The notes below the pieces were generated by a model. That model searched no databases, had not been told where the DNA came from, and saw nothing but the letters and a program-made list of their open reading frames with translations. Below are positions 9,116 through 21,300 of a stretch of DNA of 64,000 nucleotides, in pieces (the first letter of the stretch is position 1; each line of letters starts with the position of its first letter). Origin of the DNA: Picochlorum sp. SENEW3 (Eukaryota); the NCBI GenBank assembly GCA_034226945.1, contig CP120453.1:1426001-1490000 (forward strand), read 5' to 3'. The position numbers were made by a program, and so were the translations under genes.

Positions 9116-12100
9116 TTATGGGCCATGCATGGCAGCGTCCATGTCCCCCTGGAGACTTCTTGGGGCACTTGTTCCTGCAGCAGAGGGGATTCCTTGTTCG
9201 TTTGCGCGAATCTTTTGGACAGAATTTCCATCATAGACAGGTTGGTCAGGTTGCGACATGGGGGACAAGATTGCATCATCCTCGTCACATGCACCCGTTT
9301 CGCTATCCATCGCAGAGTGAAAGCGTGATCTCTTCGTACCTGTTGACCTAGATTGGCCCCTGTTTTGAGAGCGTCTCACAGTCTTCATCCAGTCATTTCT
9401 CAAAAGATTTTCAAAGTTTTCCTTGAATGTCTCGAGATCGTGAAGGCCACAGCCCTCAAGATTGTGTGTATGCTGGTCACAAGTGAACCTGTGGAACACA
9501 CCTGGCAGTGACTCACACAAAATCTTCATGAATGCCATGATGGTTGGCCTTTCTTTCTGGATGTCACTCCGTAGAAATTCGAAAAATGCATTTTTTATTG
9601 CATCTTTTTCATCACCTAGTTCAAAGAACGACTTTTTGTAATCCTTGGACGCGTAATGATTTCGCCCCCCCCGTTTCAAGACTGCCTCTCTAAAATCATC
9701 AAAACTCTCAAGACCAACAATGCTCCAATCGATATGAGCCTCGCTATCCATGATAGACTCTAAAGGCATCCTATCTTTGAAAGGTTCAACACCACTTGAC
9801 CACAAATATGTGTCTTTTGTATCAGCAAAATCGTAATCTCCGTGCACGTGGCGGTGATGACAGCAGGCACAGCATGCTATGAGCAAGAATATTCTGGATT
9901 TCTGTTCATGTCTTCTTTTCCTCAGGTCCTCTGCACCCGTACGAGGATCTCGTGGAGTAGCATTGGGATCCACTTCTATTTTACCCCAAGCATTGAGTAG
10001 AAATTCAGAGAAAGATTCGTCATAGACCGGTACATGAGGTTTTCCCTTGGAGTCGCCCATGATGTTTTTCAGCAAGCCCTTTGCCGTGGTAGCAGAGTCT
10101 GGTTCCACCTTTCCTGATTTCTCCGCCTCCAAGGATCCTTCGATGATACTGGTTATCATGTCAATATCTTCGTCCATCATGGCTTTGAGGACTCGTACTT
10201 GCAGCCAAAACTTCTCCTCAAATGAATTCATCACAGGTGCACTCCAAGATTGAGGTGTAGATTGAGTGTTTGTATTTACCGGAGTTCCGGTAGGCTCCAG
10301 GCCCGTAAAAGTTATCCTTGGTGTACTGGGATCGCGATGTATAATAGAGGGTCCCTCAGTAAATTCGGAAGCCGCAGGAGTGCATGGTGCATTCGTGTCC
10401 ACAGAAGCATCATCATGCGATGTATCAGAAAAATCCCAGCTGGGCACGATTATTGTTGCGATTTTATCCGGTACTTTTGGATCAACCCTCAATGCTCTTC
10501 CATCTTTTTGAGTGATGTCAGAGGGTGACTTACCAGGGTTCACAATGAGGGCTGCATCGATTGAAGGAAGGTCCACCCCAATACCAACGAGTTTGACATT
10601 GAAAAGCACTCCTCGGCGAGCTTGACAGAAGCAAGAGATGGTGTCTTGCTGATCCTCGTATGACATGTCAAAGTCGTCTTCATCTTCAGCAGAAGCATCT
10701 GATGTGTATATGATTCCTGTGAAGAACTCCTCTGTCTCCGGGAAACGTCCCCTGGCATATTTGTCCAGCAGTGCATCGAAGATTCTCTTGCAAATCTTTG
10801 ACTCTTCTGTCTTCAGGCAAAACACCAACGCCGTTCTGATTGGTTTCTCACTCTCGTCAAGCATGAAACAATCAAGCAAAAGTTTCATAGACCTAAAATG
10901 GTGAGCGGTTCCATCGACAATGTTACCATCAATGGTTAGGCGCCACTCCACTTTGTTGGGGCTTTTCACCACGATTTGTTCCTGCATGTTTTGGTCAGAT
11001 ACTTTGGATTTGCCGAAAATAGCGTCGAGATATTCGGTGCTCTCCACATTATACCTTTGATACTCCAGCTGAGGGATTTTCCTCCGCTCAAGCATAATCA
11101 ACCTTGGTTTTGCCAGGCAATTTAACTCCATGCACTCTTGGTAGCCGAGTGTGTGGATCACAGGACCAATCCTATTCTTTGGACCAAGACCTGTCATATC
11201 ATGAATAGAAAATCCTCTTCTCTCATTCCATGGCACAAAAATCTTATTGAGTTCCTTGTTTACTCCATAGCAAATCGAGTTGTGATCTATTTCGAGATAG
11301 ATACCAGTTTCCGGATTGCTGCATCTAACCACTCCAAAATACTCAGGATTTCCATCATCGTCCAGCACTATATCATAGCACTCGATATGATCTGGCGACG
11401 TATACACGATTTCATCCGTGACATAGAATACAACAATGCCTCGTCTCTCGTTATTCGCCTGATTTTGAAAATATGACCAATCATACTGGTCTCCTCCTGT
11501 GTTGTTTTCCAAGCGGAACAGCATATCTTCTGACAGCAAATCGATGGGACTCCATTGCTTTGTATCGTACCCATTTAAAGTCTGTTCATTGTTTCCCTCA
11601 AAGCTTCGCAACTTTTCAATATCAATTTGAGGGAAAATTCGACTGCTTGGGATAGACAAATAGGTGGCATTCTGGTCCAAGGAAAATTCCTGATTTTCTG
11701 GGGTTTCATCTGGAACCATCATGTGGACATTATCACTTTCGTACTTGGGTGACGCAGTAAAACTCAGTCCAATATATGTTGGCAAATAAAGACTCGCTGA
11801 GTAGCTTTTGCTACCTCGACCAACAGCGGTATGTGCTTCATCTCGCACAGTCACACCAAATAGGGGGGCAGTGGGGACTCTCTGGTACAGTTCCAGATTA
11901 ATCCTTCGCATTGTCTTCATCAATACCTTACCACCCTGATATGTCGTGAAAAATCTACAGTAGTGCAATGTGTGAGTGTCCTTGTGATGCTTGAAGACGG
12001 AGAACAAGTTCTCACTGGTTATCAGCCGCACTGCTGTGCAGCCAGACAAAGAGATCATGTTCTTCTCCTTTTTCAAAGAGCAGACACAATAGTAAATCAT

Positions 12101-13573
12101 CATCATCTTTTCTCGCTCTCTTGCAAGTTCCTCAGCAAGCCACTGCATAAATATCAAACAATCGATTAGTTTCTGGCTATGACAGGGTCAAGAATGATAA
12201 CATACCTCGTGTGCATTTTGCATTACCAGCCGTATCATAGGTGATAGATGAAGAGAGGCTGCAATGTTTTTTTCTTTGAGAGTATTGTGTAAACATATCT
12301 GTAGCTTAATTGAGCTCAAAAAGGATGTAAGAGTCTTCCCAGAACCGGTTGCCATGATCACTGAAGCATACCGAAGCATAGTAAGAGTGTCAGGTGTGAA
12401 CCCTTCGAAATGTGTTTCTACAGATTGAATGGCTTTCTCCTGATAACAGCGTGGATTCCTTGGATCTTTATACTTGAAACTTGATATCTCATTGCTCTCT
12501 GATATGATTCGCTTTTTCCAGCAAGTCAACTCATCATGGATATTCTCAATCAGGTTGCACACTGTGTTGTCATCACTCATTGCCATATTCCCATAATATT
12601 TCACACGACCATATTGGCACAGCGTTGAAAAGTAATTCATTGGATCTTGTCTTATCTGTGTCGACATCCAGAAAAATGGGCAAAGCATCAGAGATGACGA
12701 CCTTCCTGCTCTTTGGATGGCTGAGTTTATTTGATCTAGCAAATGTACAAGTGGGTAATACTTTCCAATGTATTCTGCCATGTTGACTTCAGCAAATTGA
12801 TTTGACCTGTATTTGCATTGGGCTAAAATCAAATGAATATGCCGATTTGAATCGACCATAGATTCCTCCTCCAACTCAACCAGCAGGTCAAATCCCAAGT
12901 CTTCTGCAATGTTTTTTCTCAGCTCCTCAATGAAAGTCTCCACAAGAGTTCCAGGAGCACCGATTCCATCCAAGTACTCCACTATTCTATCTCCAAAACT
13001 TTCCAAATTTTGATCATTAGCATTGTCAGGCCAATGCAATGAACCTGTTCCAAACTTTTTTTCAGACAAAAAGACATTCTTCACTGAACATCTCACATCT
13101 TCACAATCCTCATGTAATTCATGATAGTAATTTTTTATATTAAGTGGTGTTTTCTTCTTGCAGTTAAATACAATCGCACATAATATTTCATATGCTTCTC
13201 CTTTGATGTGACTTGAAGTGATTTCTGATTCTTCACCATTTCTGCTGACCAGCAGCTTCCCCTCAGCATAACGAAGACCACTCACCAAAGATCCTGTGTT
13301 GGCACTGTATTCACTCTGTACGTGACGCAAAAGCCTTGGTAGGTTAAATTCTTTCGTCAGAGTATCTATGTTCTGGGTAACATTTGTAATTGTTGCACAG
13401 TAATTCATCTGATCATCATGAGCGCCAAACCACGGCCCGTCATAGATTGCTTTGCCCAAACAGGAGATGGCCAAAAGGCGAAGCAAGTCGGGCTGCGAAC
13501 ACTTTGCTTCGTCTCCTGCATGTGAAGGGCTGATCTGAGAAATTGCAGTAGGTAACTCCAATATTTCAACCAT
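9116..13573 (-). CDS. Mrr-like restriction endonuclease domain fused to SF2 helicase (Type ISP/ResIII-like), about 1464 aa; 2 exons (intron 12143-12205)
   Basis: GFDLLV..LAQCK nuclease motif; YQEKAI, MATGSGKT, SPMIRLVMQNAHEW, TTYQG, DEAH, TASP, GVDLPSIDA, QKDGRALR; phase-0 GTATGT..GCAG intron joins the two ORFs. Confidence 0.85.
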
Positions 13574-14613
13574 ATTGAAAGATTAATCTTTTAGCCTCCG
13601 ATGCACTTTGTTGAAGGTTGTCGCTTCGTGTCCTGTGGAAGGTTCGCAACTGAAGAATTCAAGAATTCTACTGCAATCCAATAGTACACCCGTTATTTAT
13701 AATGATTTAATGCCCAAAGAATGATTCTTATAGATTTAAATCTGCGAGTAGACTGCGAACACGGTGGCTCAAGTCGATTGATGAACTGTCCGTTTTTGAA
13801 GAAGGCGCCCCTGCCCATGCGTGCAGCGCTGCAGGTTCTGCAGAACTTTCGTCCTCCAAGATTGGATCGGTACAACCAGACGGTCCTCAGACGCCCTTAT
13901 TTTCCACGGAACCAACGATGATGAATACTATAAGAATCTATGCCTCAGAATAGATGATCTGGAGCATGTGGAGCCTATATGCAGAGTTATAGTAGCAACT
14001 ATTAGACCACGACAGGTGGCCTCCAGGGTCTCATGTGACCTCTGTTGGAATCGTGGATTCTGGCGCGTTTCCACTCTCCATCCCAGTGCAACGTCCGTAC
14101 GTATTTCCTAGTTGGTAACTCATATTATTCAACCTAATTCTGCTCAATATCCAAGTGAAGCGAAACTTTTGCGAGAAAGATGATGGGTTCTAGTACTGTG
14201 TGCTGGTCAGCCCAATCCAGCCATACCCGGGAGAATATCAAGGGGCTCTGATCATATCTATACTTATTTTAGGTTCTTAGAAATGCTCAGTTGAATGCCT
14301 CGCCAGGAGTCCGACTCGCATACGCGCCGGAGCAGCTAATGAGCTCCATACCAGTGCCCCAAATGTAGCAGTAGCAAACTTCTACGTTGATTTCAGAGAG
14401 ATATGGGGCAGTTTATTCAAGAACATAGGTCAAGTATAATATGTAGACCAAAATCCGACTTGTATATCTCATTTTATCCGTTGCAATGAGTCAATGCAAC
14501 TGCGATTATTCAGAGCAGCCATAGTTAAATAGTCTGTATAACCACCAGGACTGGTGCTGTAACCACACTAATTAATTCATTGACTGCCCTCAAGTTTCGT
14601 GTATTTAGCGTGT

Positions 14614-16138
14614 TTACATCCAAGCAACAGCAGCAGCAGATACAGAAAAAAATATATTTAAAATCGATACAAGAGGTACATTGGACCCAGAAGTATTCGC
14701 AGTTTCTCTCGACGATGCCTTTTCTGACTCAGCATAGCCGTTCTCAAAGTTGCACCCAGGTGTAATATCAGAGATTGCCATTGATGATGTGTCCGAATTC
14801 ACCTGGACGAACCGATCATACACAATTGTCGTCCCCAAGTTCAATCCATCAGCCTCGTCCAGGCTATCCGACGTCCCCAAGGATGAGAATTTGACAGAAA
14901 ACCCAGCAATGCCATCAATCTCTGCAGAAACGACATAAGCCTCTGGGTATATCACAACTTCCACTGGATCTTCACCAAGAAGAAGCGTTATATTGGGGAA
15001 AATATCGTTGATGACAGATGTGTCAAGCATTCCTGACGTGGGAACCACAAGAATGGCATCTCCTACAAAGGGCAAGTTTTCTTTCACAAACTCATACTCT
15101 CCCCCTAAACCTGACACGGTGGCATTGATGTGATCTACAATCGCATCAAAATATTCAGATGGAAGAATGGTTGGTGGGGTACCAGTATCAAACATCGTTG
15201 GAAGTGAAGAATAGGATGCATCCTCGATGCGATTGCCATTTATCTCCACCCCGGAAAACATGACATAATATGATGCAGAATCACCTGCAATATTGAGAAC
15301 GGCATTTTCAAACGGCTCACCGAGACCATCAAGGGTGCTCATTTCCGTTCCAGTATACAACTTGATCAAATCATACGAGGAGGTAGGCAGATATGAGCCA
15401 AAGACCCCAAATGATCCATTCATTGATGGAGAGGTGCCGCACTGCCCAAACGCAAAGCGGCGTATGCCCCCACTGCCATGCAACTGGCTCACCATAGATA
15501 TAGTTCCTCGATCCACACCGGCTATGCCATTATCATTCACCTGATTTGGTGCATTCTCGATATCTGTGATCACTCCCAGGACAATGCCCCCAGAGCCATC
15601 TGTGGTTTTTGCATTTTCAAACACCACAGTATCTCTGACTGCATACCCAGTCAAAGACGAGCCATCCTGATAACTCGAAGACACTGTACATTCTGTTGAA
15701 TTGGAAAATCCGCCGTAAGAGTTGGAGGGATCTCTAATAATACCACACACTTCATCATCCACTCTCACGTCTACAGCACCTGATGATGGTGTGTAATATT
15801 CTTCTGCGACCGCCAGCAGCGAAGATCCAGGATCCAAGAGCAATGAAACCGTCCCATTACTATCCCCAAATGTCATTCCAGCTTCGTACTGGCTGCACAA
15901 AGCACTTGTCAGCCTGCTGAATCACCCCTCCAACCAGAAGTAAATGGTGCACTCACACACTTTAAACGTACCATGCACTCGGATACACATCAGTCACAAA
16001 GTCAGAATAGCACGTAGACATGGGTACAATGCGCATAGGAAGGAGGATTGAGCCAGGCTCTGTGTCGGCCAGCACTCGGTGGTGAGCAAACACCAGGACT
16101 AGCACAAGTATGCCATGTGTTTGCCACCAGAGAACCAT
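14614..16138 (-). CDS. Secreted pepsin-like (A1) aspartic protease, possibly GPI/membrane anchored; 2 exons (intron 15893-15971)
   Basis: Signal peptide; LLLDPGSS and MFDTGT catalytic motifs; YQDGSSLTG flap; hydrophobic C-terminus. Confidence 0.8.
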
Positions 16139-16845
16139 GGTAATCGATGATGTAGATATAAGAGCAGTGCTTCCAAGTACTTTTACCGAATTTGATAAAT
16201 ACCTGTTAAGCATCATCACGAGATATGACGAATCGTCGATTGATGGATCCTAGACGATCCGCTACACCTGCAGCTCGAGACGTCATACAGATCTGTTCTG
16301 CCTCGAGGCAGAGTGTTACGTAAACACCCGAAAATATCTCCACCCAATCCCCTGCTCTCTCCTTTTCAGACACATTGTTTGCTCTCTGTCATAGATTGGA
16401 GAGAGAATGATAGAATGTCCACCGACTAGAGTCCATGGTGGCAGAATTGGGACACCAACAACCTGAGCAACATGCCTGTGCAGTGCACAGGAGAGAAGTT
16501 TACTGCACAGGACACTCAACCCACCCTAGACCTGTGCCGCATCAACGCATTGACCTGGCACATATTGCACACCCAATATACATGAGAGATCAGAAACAAC
16601 GAAAAAGACATCGTCCTTGGCCAGCACCTGCTGGCTGTTTGCTACTGACCAGAGGATACCTAATGTATTATTATAAGGAGAATGGCGCCATGCGACCTTC
16701 GTATACGAAGCACCTCCCCATGCAGAGAGTCACTTGCATTTTAAAATTACCATTTAGAGATAGATAGACAGCGTTGAACCATCAGCAGACTGACCGTGTC
16801 TTAGGATAGAACCTGCTCTCTGTTCCACAGCGAGCGCCGGTATCA

Positions 16846-17246
16846 ATGGGGTCTAGACAAAAAGATAATGCCTTAAATTTGGCTAAATTTATAGATAAAA
16901 AGATATTAGTAAAGTTATCGGGTGGTAGAGAAGGTATGTACTGACGTACACTGTCCTGAAAATTCATGTTCCCGAAAATTGAGAACAATCAAACGTTGTT
17001 GTTTCCCTTTTGACTCGATACTATGATGCCATTCTTGTAGTGGTTGGAATACTGAAAGGGTATGATCAGCTATTGAATCTAGTATTGGATGAGACGGAGG
17101 AGAGCATGAGGGATCCAGAGGACTCCCTGGCCCTGTCTGGTGAGAAGAGAAAGCTGGGTTTGATTGTCTGTCGGGGGATAGCAGTGATGCTTGTGTCTCC
17201 GATGGATGGGACAGAGCCGATTGAGAATCCATTTGTTCAACAATAA
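16846..17246 (+). CDS. LSM7: U6 snRNA-associated Sm-like protein LSm7; 2 exons (intron 16934-17040)
   Basis: LAKFIDKKILVKLSGGRE joined to VVGILKGYDQLLNLVLDE..RKLGLIVCRG..IENPF. Confidence 0.95.
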
Positions 17247-17280
17247 CATACAAAACTATCCATGTGATACATGACTGCTG

Positions 17281-18050
17281 TTATGATGCTTCTTTTTCAT
17301 CAGGGTGCGTGATGGATGACGCTGCATCTAATTCATGCCGGGCCTTGATGGACTCAATTTCGATACAGAATGGCCCCTCTGCTTGTTCATCGTTACCAAG
17401 TAACGATATACCTAGAGCTGTGACTTTCGTCTTGCCAAGTTCGACTGGAGCATCAACCACACGGCCCTTCCATGTCAAGACAAAGCTGGTCAAGGGAATC
17501 TCAACATCCTTCCAACCAGAGTCGCATCCTCCGTCACTGCATGCATAGGATAAGATTATTCATGTGCATATCCATTTGACAAGATGCATACGCACTCTTT
17601 CGACAGCAGAACAGCCTGCCATATATCTTCAGAGTTGCCATCACCACCAGTCACCCAATTATCTGTCCGGAGATTGGCCAAATACGTCCTCCCATCACCC
17701 TTGACTCTATATATGAGCGATTGATAACTTTCTAAATCTATATAGGGGCTTAATGAATCAGTCCTACCGGTCATGCTCACAAATCCACTCTTTTTCAGCT
17801 TTGGATGAGCATTTGGACCAATACCCTTGGAGTACATTCCAGAAAATCTCCCAACCGTGGATGCTCCTTGGCTTTCAGCAACTTGAATAGTACCACTCGA
17901 TAGACCACCGAACGTCGAATCTGAGGATACTCGCCAGCGAGCAGCATCCTGTGCGGATTTAAATTCAAATACTACAAAAGGCTCTGTTGATAACGGGTCC
18001 TTCACCTTTTCAGCAACATTTTGTACTGACTTTAAGAGTCGACGCAGCAT
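17281..18050 (-). CDS. NDUFAF1: Complex I intermediate-associated protein 30 (CIA30 family); 2 exons (intron 17537-17595)
   Basis: WRVSSDSTFGGLS, KGDGRTY, IPLTSFVLTWKG, GPFCIEIESIKA. Confidence 0.85.
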
Positions 18051-18380
18051 GTCCTTTTCCTATCGAATATTCCACGTGATGTGGTATCAGGAGAATCGCA
18101 TGTTATTTTGAAAATGACTGTCCATCATGGATGACAACCGACCTGAGAACAAGGGGACATGGAACCCGACCCCTAATTAAACATTAGAAACTCATGCTCA
18201 TCTTTCCCGATGATATTGAAAAATAATTGAAATTTTACACTAGGAGGGCGGCGTACAGCACTCAAAAGCAGACAACGTCCTTGTACTCGTGGCCATGCGA
18301 GAATTTCATTTTTTTTAAGTCGCACACTCATATGAATATGAGAGGAAAGGACACATGCCTTGTATATGATATAATCAGTC

Positions 18381-21300
18381 ATGTTTGAAGGCTGGGCGAC
18401 AGATTTGCTGGCCTCCTACTTGGGCAAACTGTTGGATATCCAACAGGAACAGCTAAAGGTCAACTTGTGGACGGCTTGGAAGACAGGTGTGACGCTGGAA
18501 GATGTCCCTTTGCGGGAAGATGTGGCACTGGATCAATTTGGAACTAGTCCCTTCACGTTGGTGGGGGGTACGATTGGAAAGGTGCAAGTATCAGTGCCTT
18601 GGGGTGCATTGATGGCACCAGTGGTGGTTTCCCTGAATGACGTTGCCATCGTTGTGCGCATGCTTGGTGACGATGAGCTGAGCGGAAGGAAAGCATATGA
18701 ACGCTACATTGATTTCAAAAAGGGTTTGATTGCATCCCAGCAGTTGAAGGCGGTAGCTTGGGAAGTTGACAAGGCTTCGCCGTCCTCGTCCAAGGATGGC
18801 TCTCCTTTAATGTTTGGTGGCGTGATGTTTTCCTTCCTGAAGCACGCGTTGTCGTTACTGTTGGGACGATTGCGTGTCGATATTCGAAATGTTCGAATCA
18901 CACTTGTGGATGGAGAAGAAGGGTCTGCGCCAATTTGCACTTTTTCTGTGGGACAGATCCAAAGTATTGATACGCCCCTTACATTCAAGCTTGATAAAAA
19001 AGACGCATATAGGATTCCGGGACGGAATGATACTATTGTAGACTTGGCTGATAGGTCGTTGAAGCTGGGGGCACCGAAGAATTTTCGATTCTCTGGTATC
19101 AAAGTGATGTGGGGGGCAGCGTCATGCTTGCTGCACACTGATTTCAATGCAAAGATATTTTATGATATAAAATCGACCCCAAGCCAAATACTTTTTACAC
19201 TTGAGTTTGATACGTTGAAGAGTCATATGAATACGGATGAGTTACAGGCGATGGTCGAGTTGATGGAGGATATAGAATGGAAATCTGTCCGATTAAAAGT
19301 TGGACATTTAAAGCCGCAGGATGGTGCGTTTGATGCCTCAAGTAGGTGGAAATTCGCGGTGAATAGTATATTGCTACAATTGTATGGTCCTTTAAAATTT
19401 TCCTCGTGGAAAAGTCCGAAGGAGAGATTGCAGGAACGGAGGCGATATATTCTCCTGTACAGGAAAAAGATTGAGAAAGAGGTGAGGGAAGGGTTGACCA
19501 AGAGTGACCTTGTTGGAAGTAGTGATGTCGGAGTGTCTCAGAGTTTATCTTTGGTTGGTGAGAATCAACTGGCACTGCTGGAAGAGTCCATGTCTGTTTC
19601 TGACATTCTGGCTTGCCGTACAGCTGCCAAGAGGAGTTTGGAACACAGGGGAAGCCAACTGGTGGGGAAGTCATCGGACTCGACAAAGATCGGGAACTAT
19701 GAATTGGTAGATAATTTGAGTGGTGAAGATACTTCAGAATCGTGTTGGGTGAAAATACCCTCCTTGGCAGATATGGAAGAACTTTTCAAGGCAGTGGATT
19801 TCTCACCAGAAGAGAGTGTTGCAGAGCAGTCATCGTCAGGGTTGAACATCCAGACGCTCGTAATGGTTCATATACCGACCTCTCAAGTTGAGATTTGCAA
19901 TAATGCCGGGACTGTGGATGTGTGTGTCAAGTTGGCAAATATTGCATGTGGGTTTGTTAGTGCTTTGGAGAAGGCCTCTTACAGTATGGGCAGTTTGGAA
20001 AGTTTGTCCTGTAGTAGTCCAAACGGTAGTTTTGTGAATTCAGTGGTAAATGACTCATTATCGTTTGTCAAGTTGGAATATAGCAGTTTGACACAATGTA
20101 TTCAAGCTGATATCTCAGGCATTCAGATCAAGGCTGTTCCGCAAGATATCCAAAGTATTTTCCATAGTATTCCAGTGCAGTCGCCAGAAGCTTACTCTTT
20201 GCAGTGGATGAGATCCGCATTGTCCATGGAGAAAATAGGTTATTGTGTGGAGACAGTGCAACGAATAAAGTCCTCAGGAAATTTCATTGATTTTGCCATA
20301 CGGCTTGGAGAGACATCTGTTGATGTCCATGATTTGCAAACATCGTTCAGCTCGTTAACCCTTGGCACATTGATGGAATCTGAAAATTTTGATGAGTTGC
20401 ACCGCGTCTATAATGTGATCAGCTCGCTGAGACCTCAGGAAGAGGCTTCCAGAGTAGTACAGGATGCAATGCAAGCATTAGAACATCGGTTGATTTATAA
20501 AGCCTTGGACATTCAAGTGGAGAGTCTAGCAGTATGTCACCACAAATTTATTGTGCTAAATCCAGTGAGCTTTGGCGTGTCAACGAAAATAAACAGACTA
20601 CTGGGTGATTTCTCCCACCCCCAAGTTATCTTGGGAATCGCTCTCACCTCAATAGATCTTCAAGCCAATGATGAAGTTATCAGAGCTCTCATGCATATTG
20701 CAGATGAATTCACACAAACGAATGATGGTGTCCCCAGAGAGAATGTCCCTGAAGACACATTGGAGGTCAGGATAGATTGGTCTTCAATGCAGGTAGGGTG
20801 GTTTGATGACCACAAGCAGTTTTCTGTGCAAACTGAGGCGGGTATGGTGAGCTCACAAACTTCTACGAGCACGTCTGTATTTCAAACAAAAATGAACAGC
20901 ATTGAAATGGAGCACTTGAGAGGCATGGAAAAGATTGAAATGCCTGTTTTTGACCTATGTATACCATATATAGCAAAGGTTCTTCATATTGGGCACTTTA
21001 CTGGTACAGCTGAGAGAAGCAAAAGATCAAGATCAGCAAGCCTCAAGCTATATGATTTTAACTTGACGGGAGACGAGAGTGATCCTTCGAATTTTATCAA
21101 GAGGTGTGGATTTATTAGTCTGTTTGCATGCATTGGTCGTTTTTCAGTATTTGAATTGCAACTGCGATGATGCAGGTTGGGACCTGAAAAGAAGACTCCA
21201 GGAGTTGCAGTGACGTACACAGAGGATTTCGATGGTCGCTCCTGTGTTCGAGGAGAACTATCCAACATTGACATAGGTCATGGCGTGATTCTGCGCGCAT

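Noticed and set aside
8962..9351. Plus-strand ORFs overlapping the helicase C-terminus
   Set aside because: Short, antisense to better-supported minus-strand frames, no recognisable domain
8880..14600. Nuclease-helicase locus as a bounded mobile element or provirus
   Set aside because: No TIRs, TSD, integrase or other viral genes visible in the flanks
16225..16315. Restriction-site cluster as vector polylinker contamination
   Set aside because: Sites are irregularly spaced, match no polylinker I recognise, and similar clusters occur in other spacers
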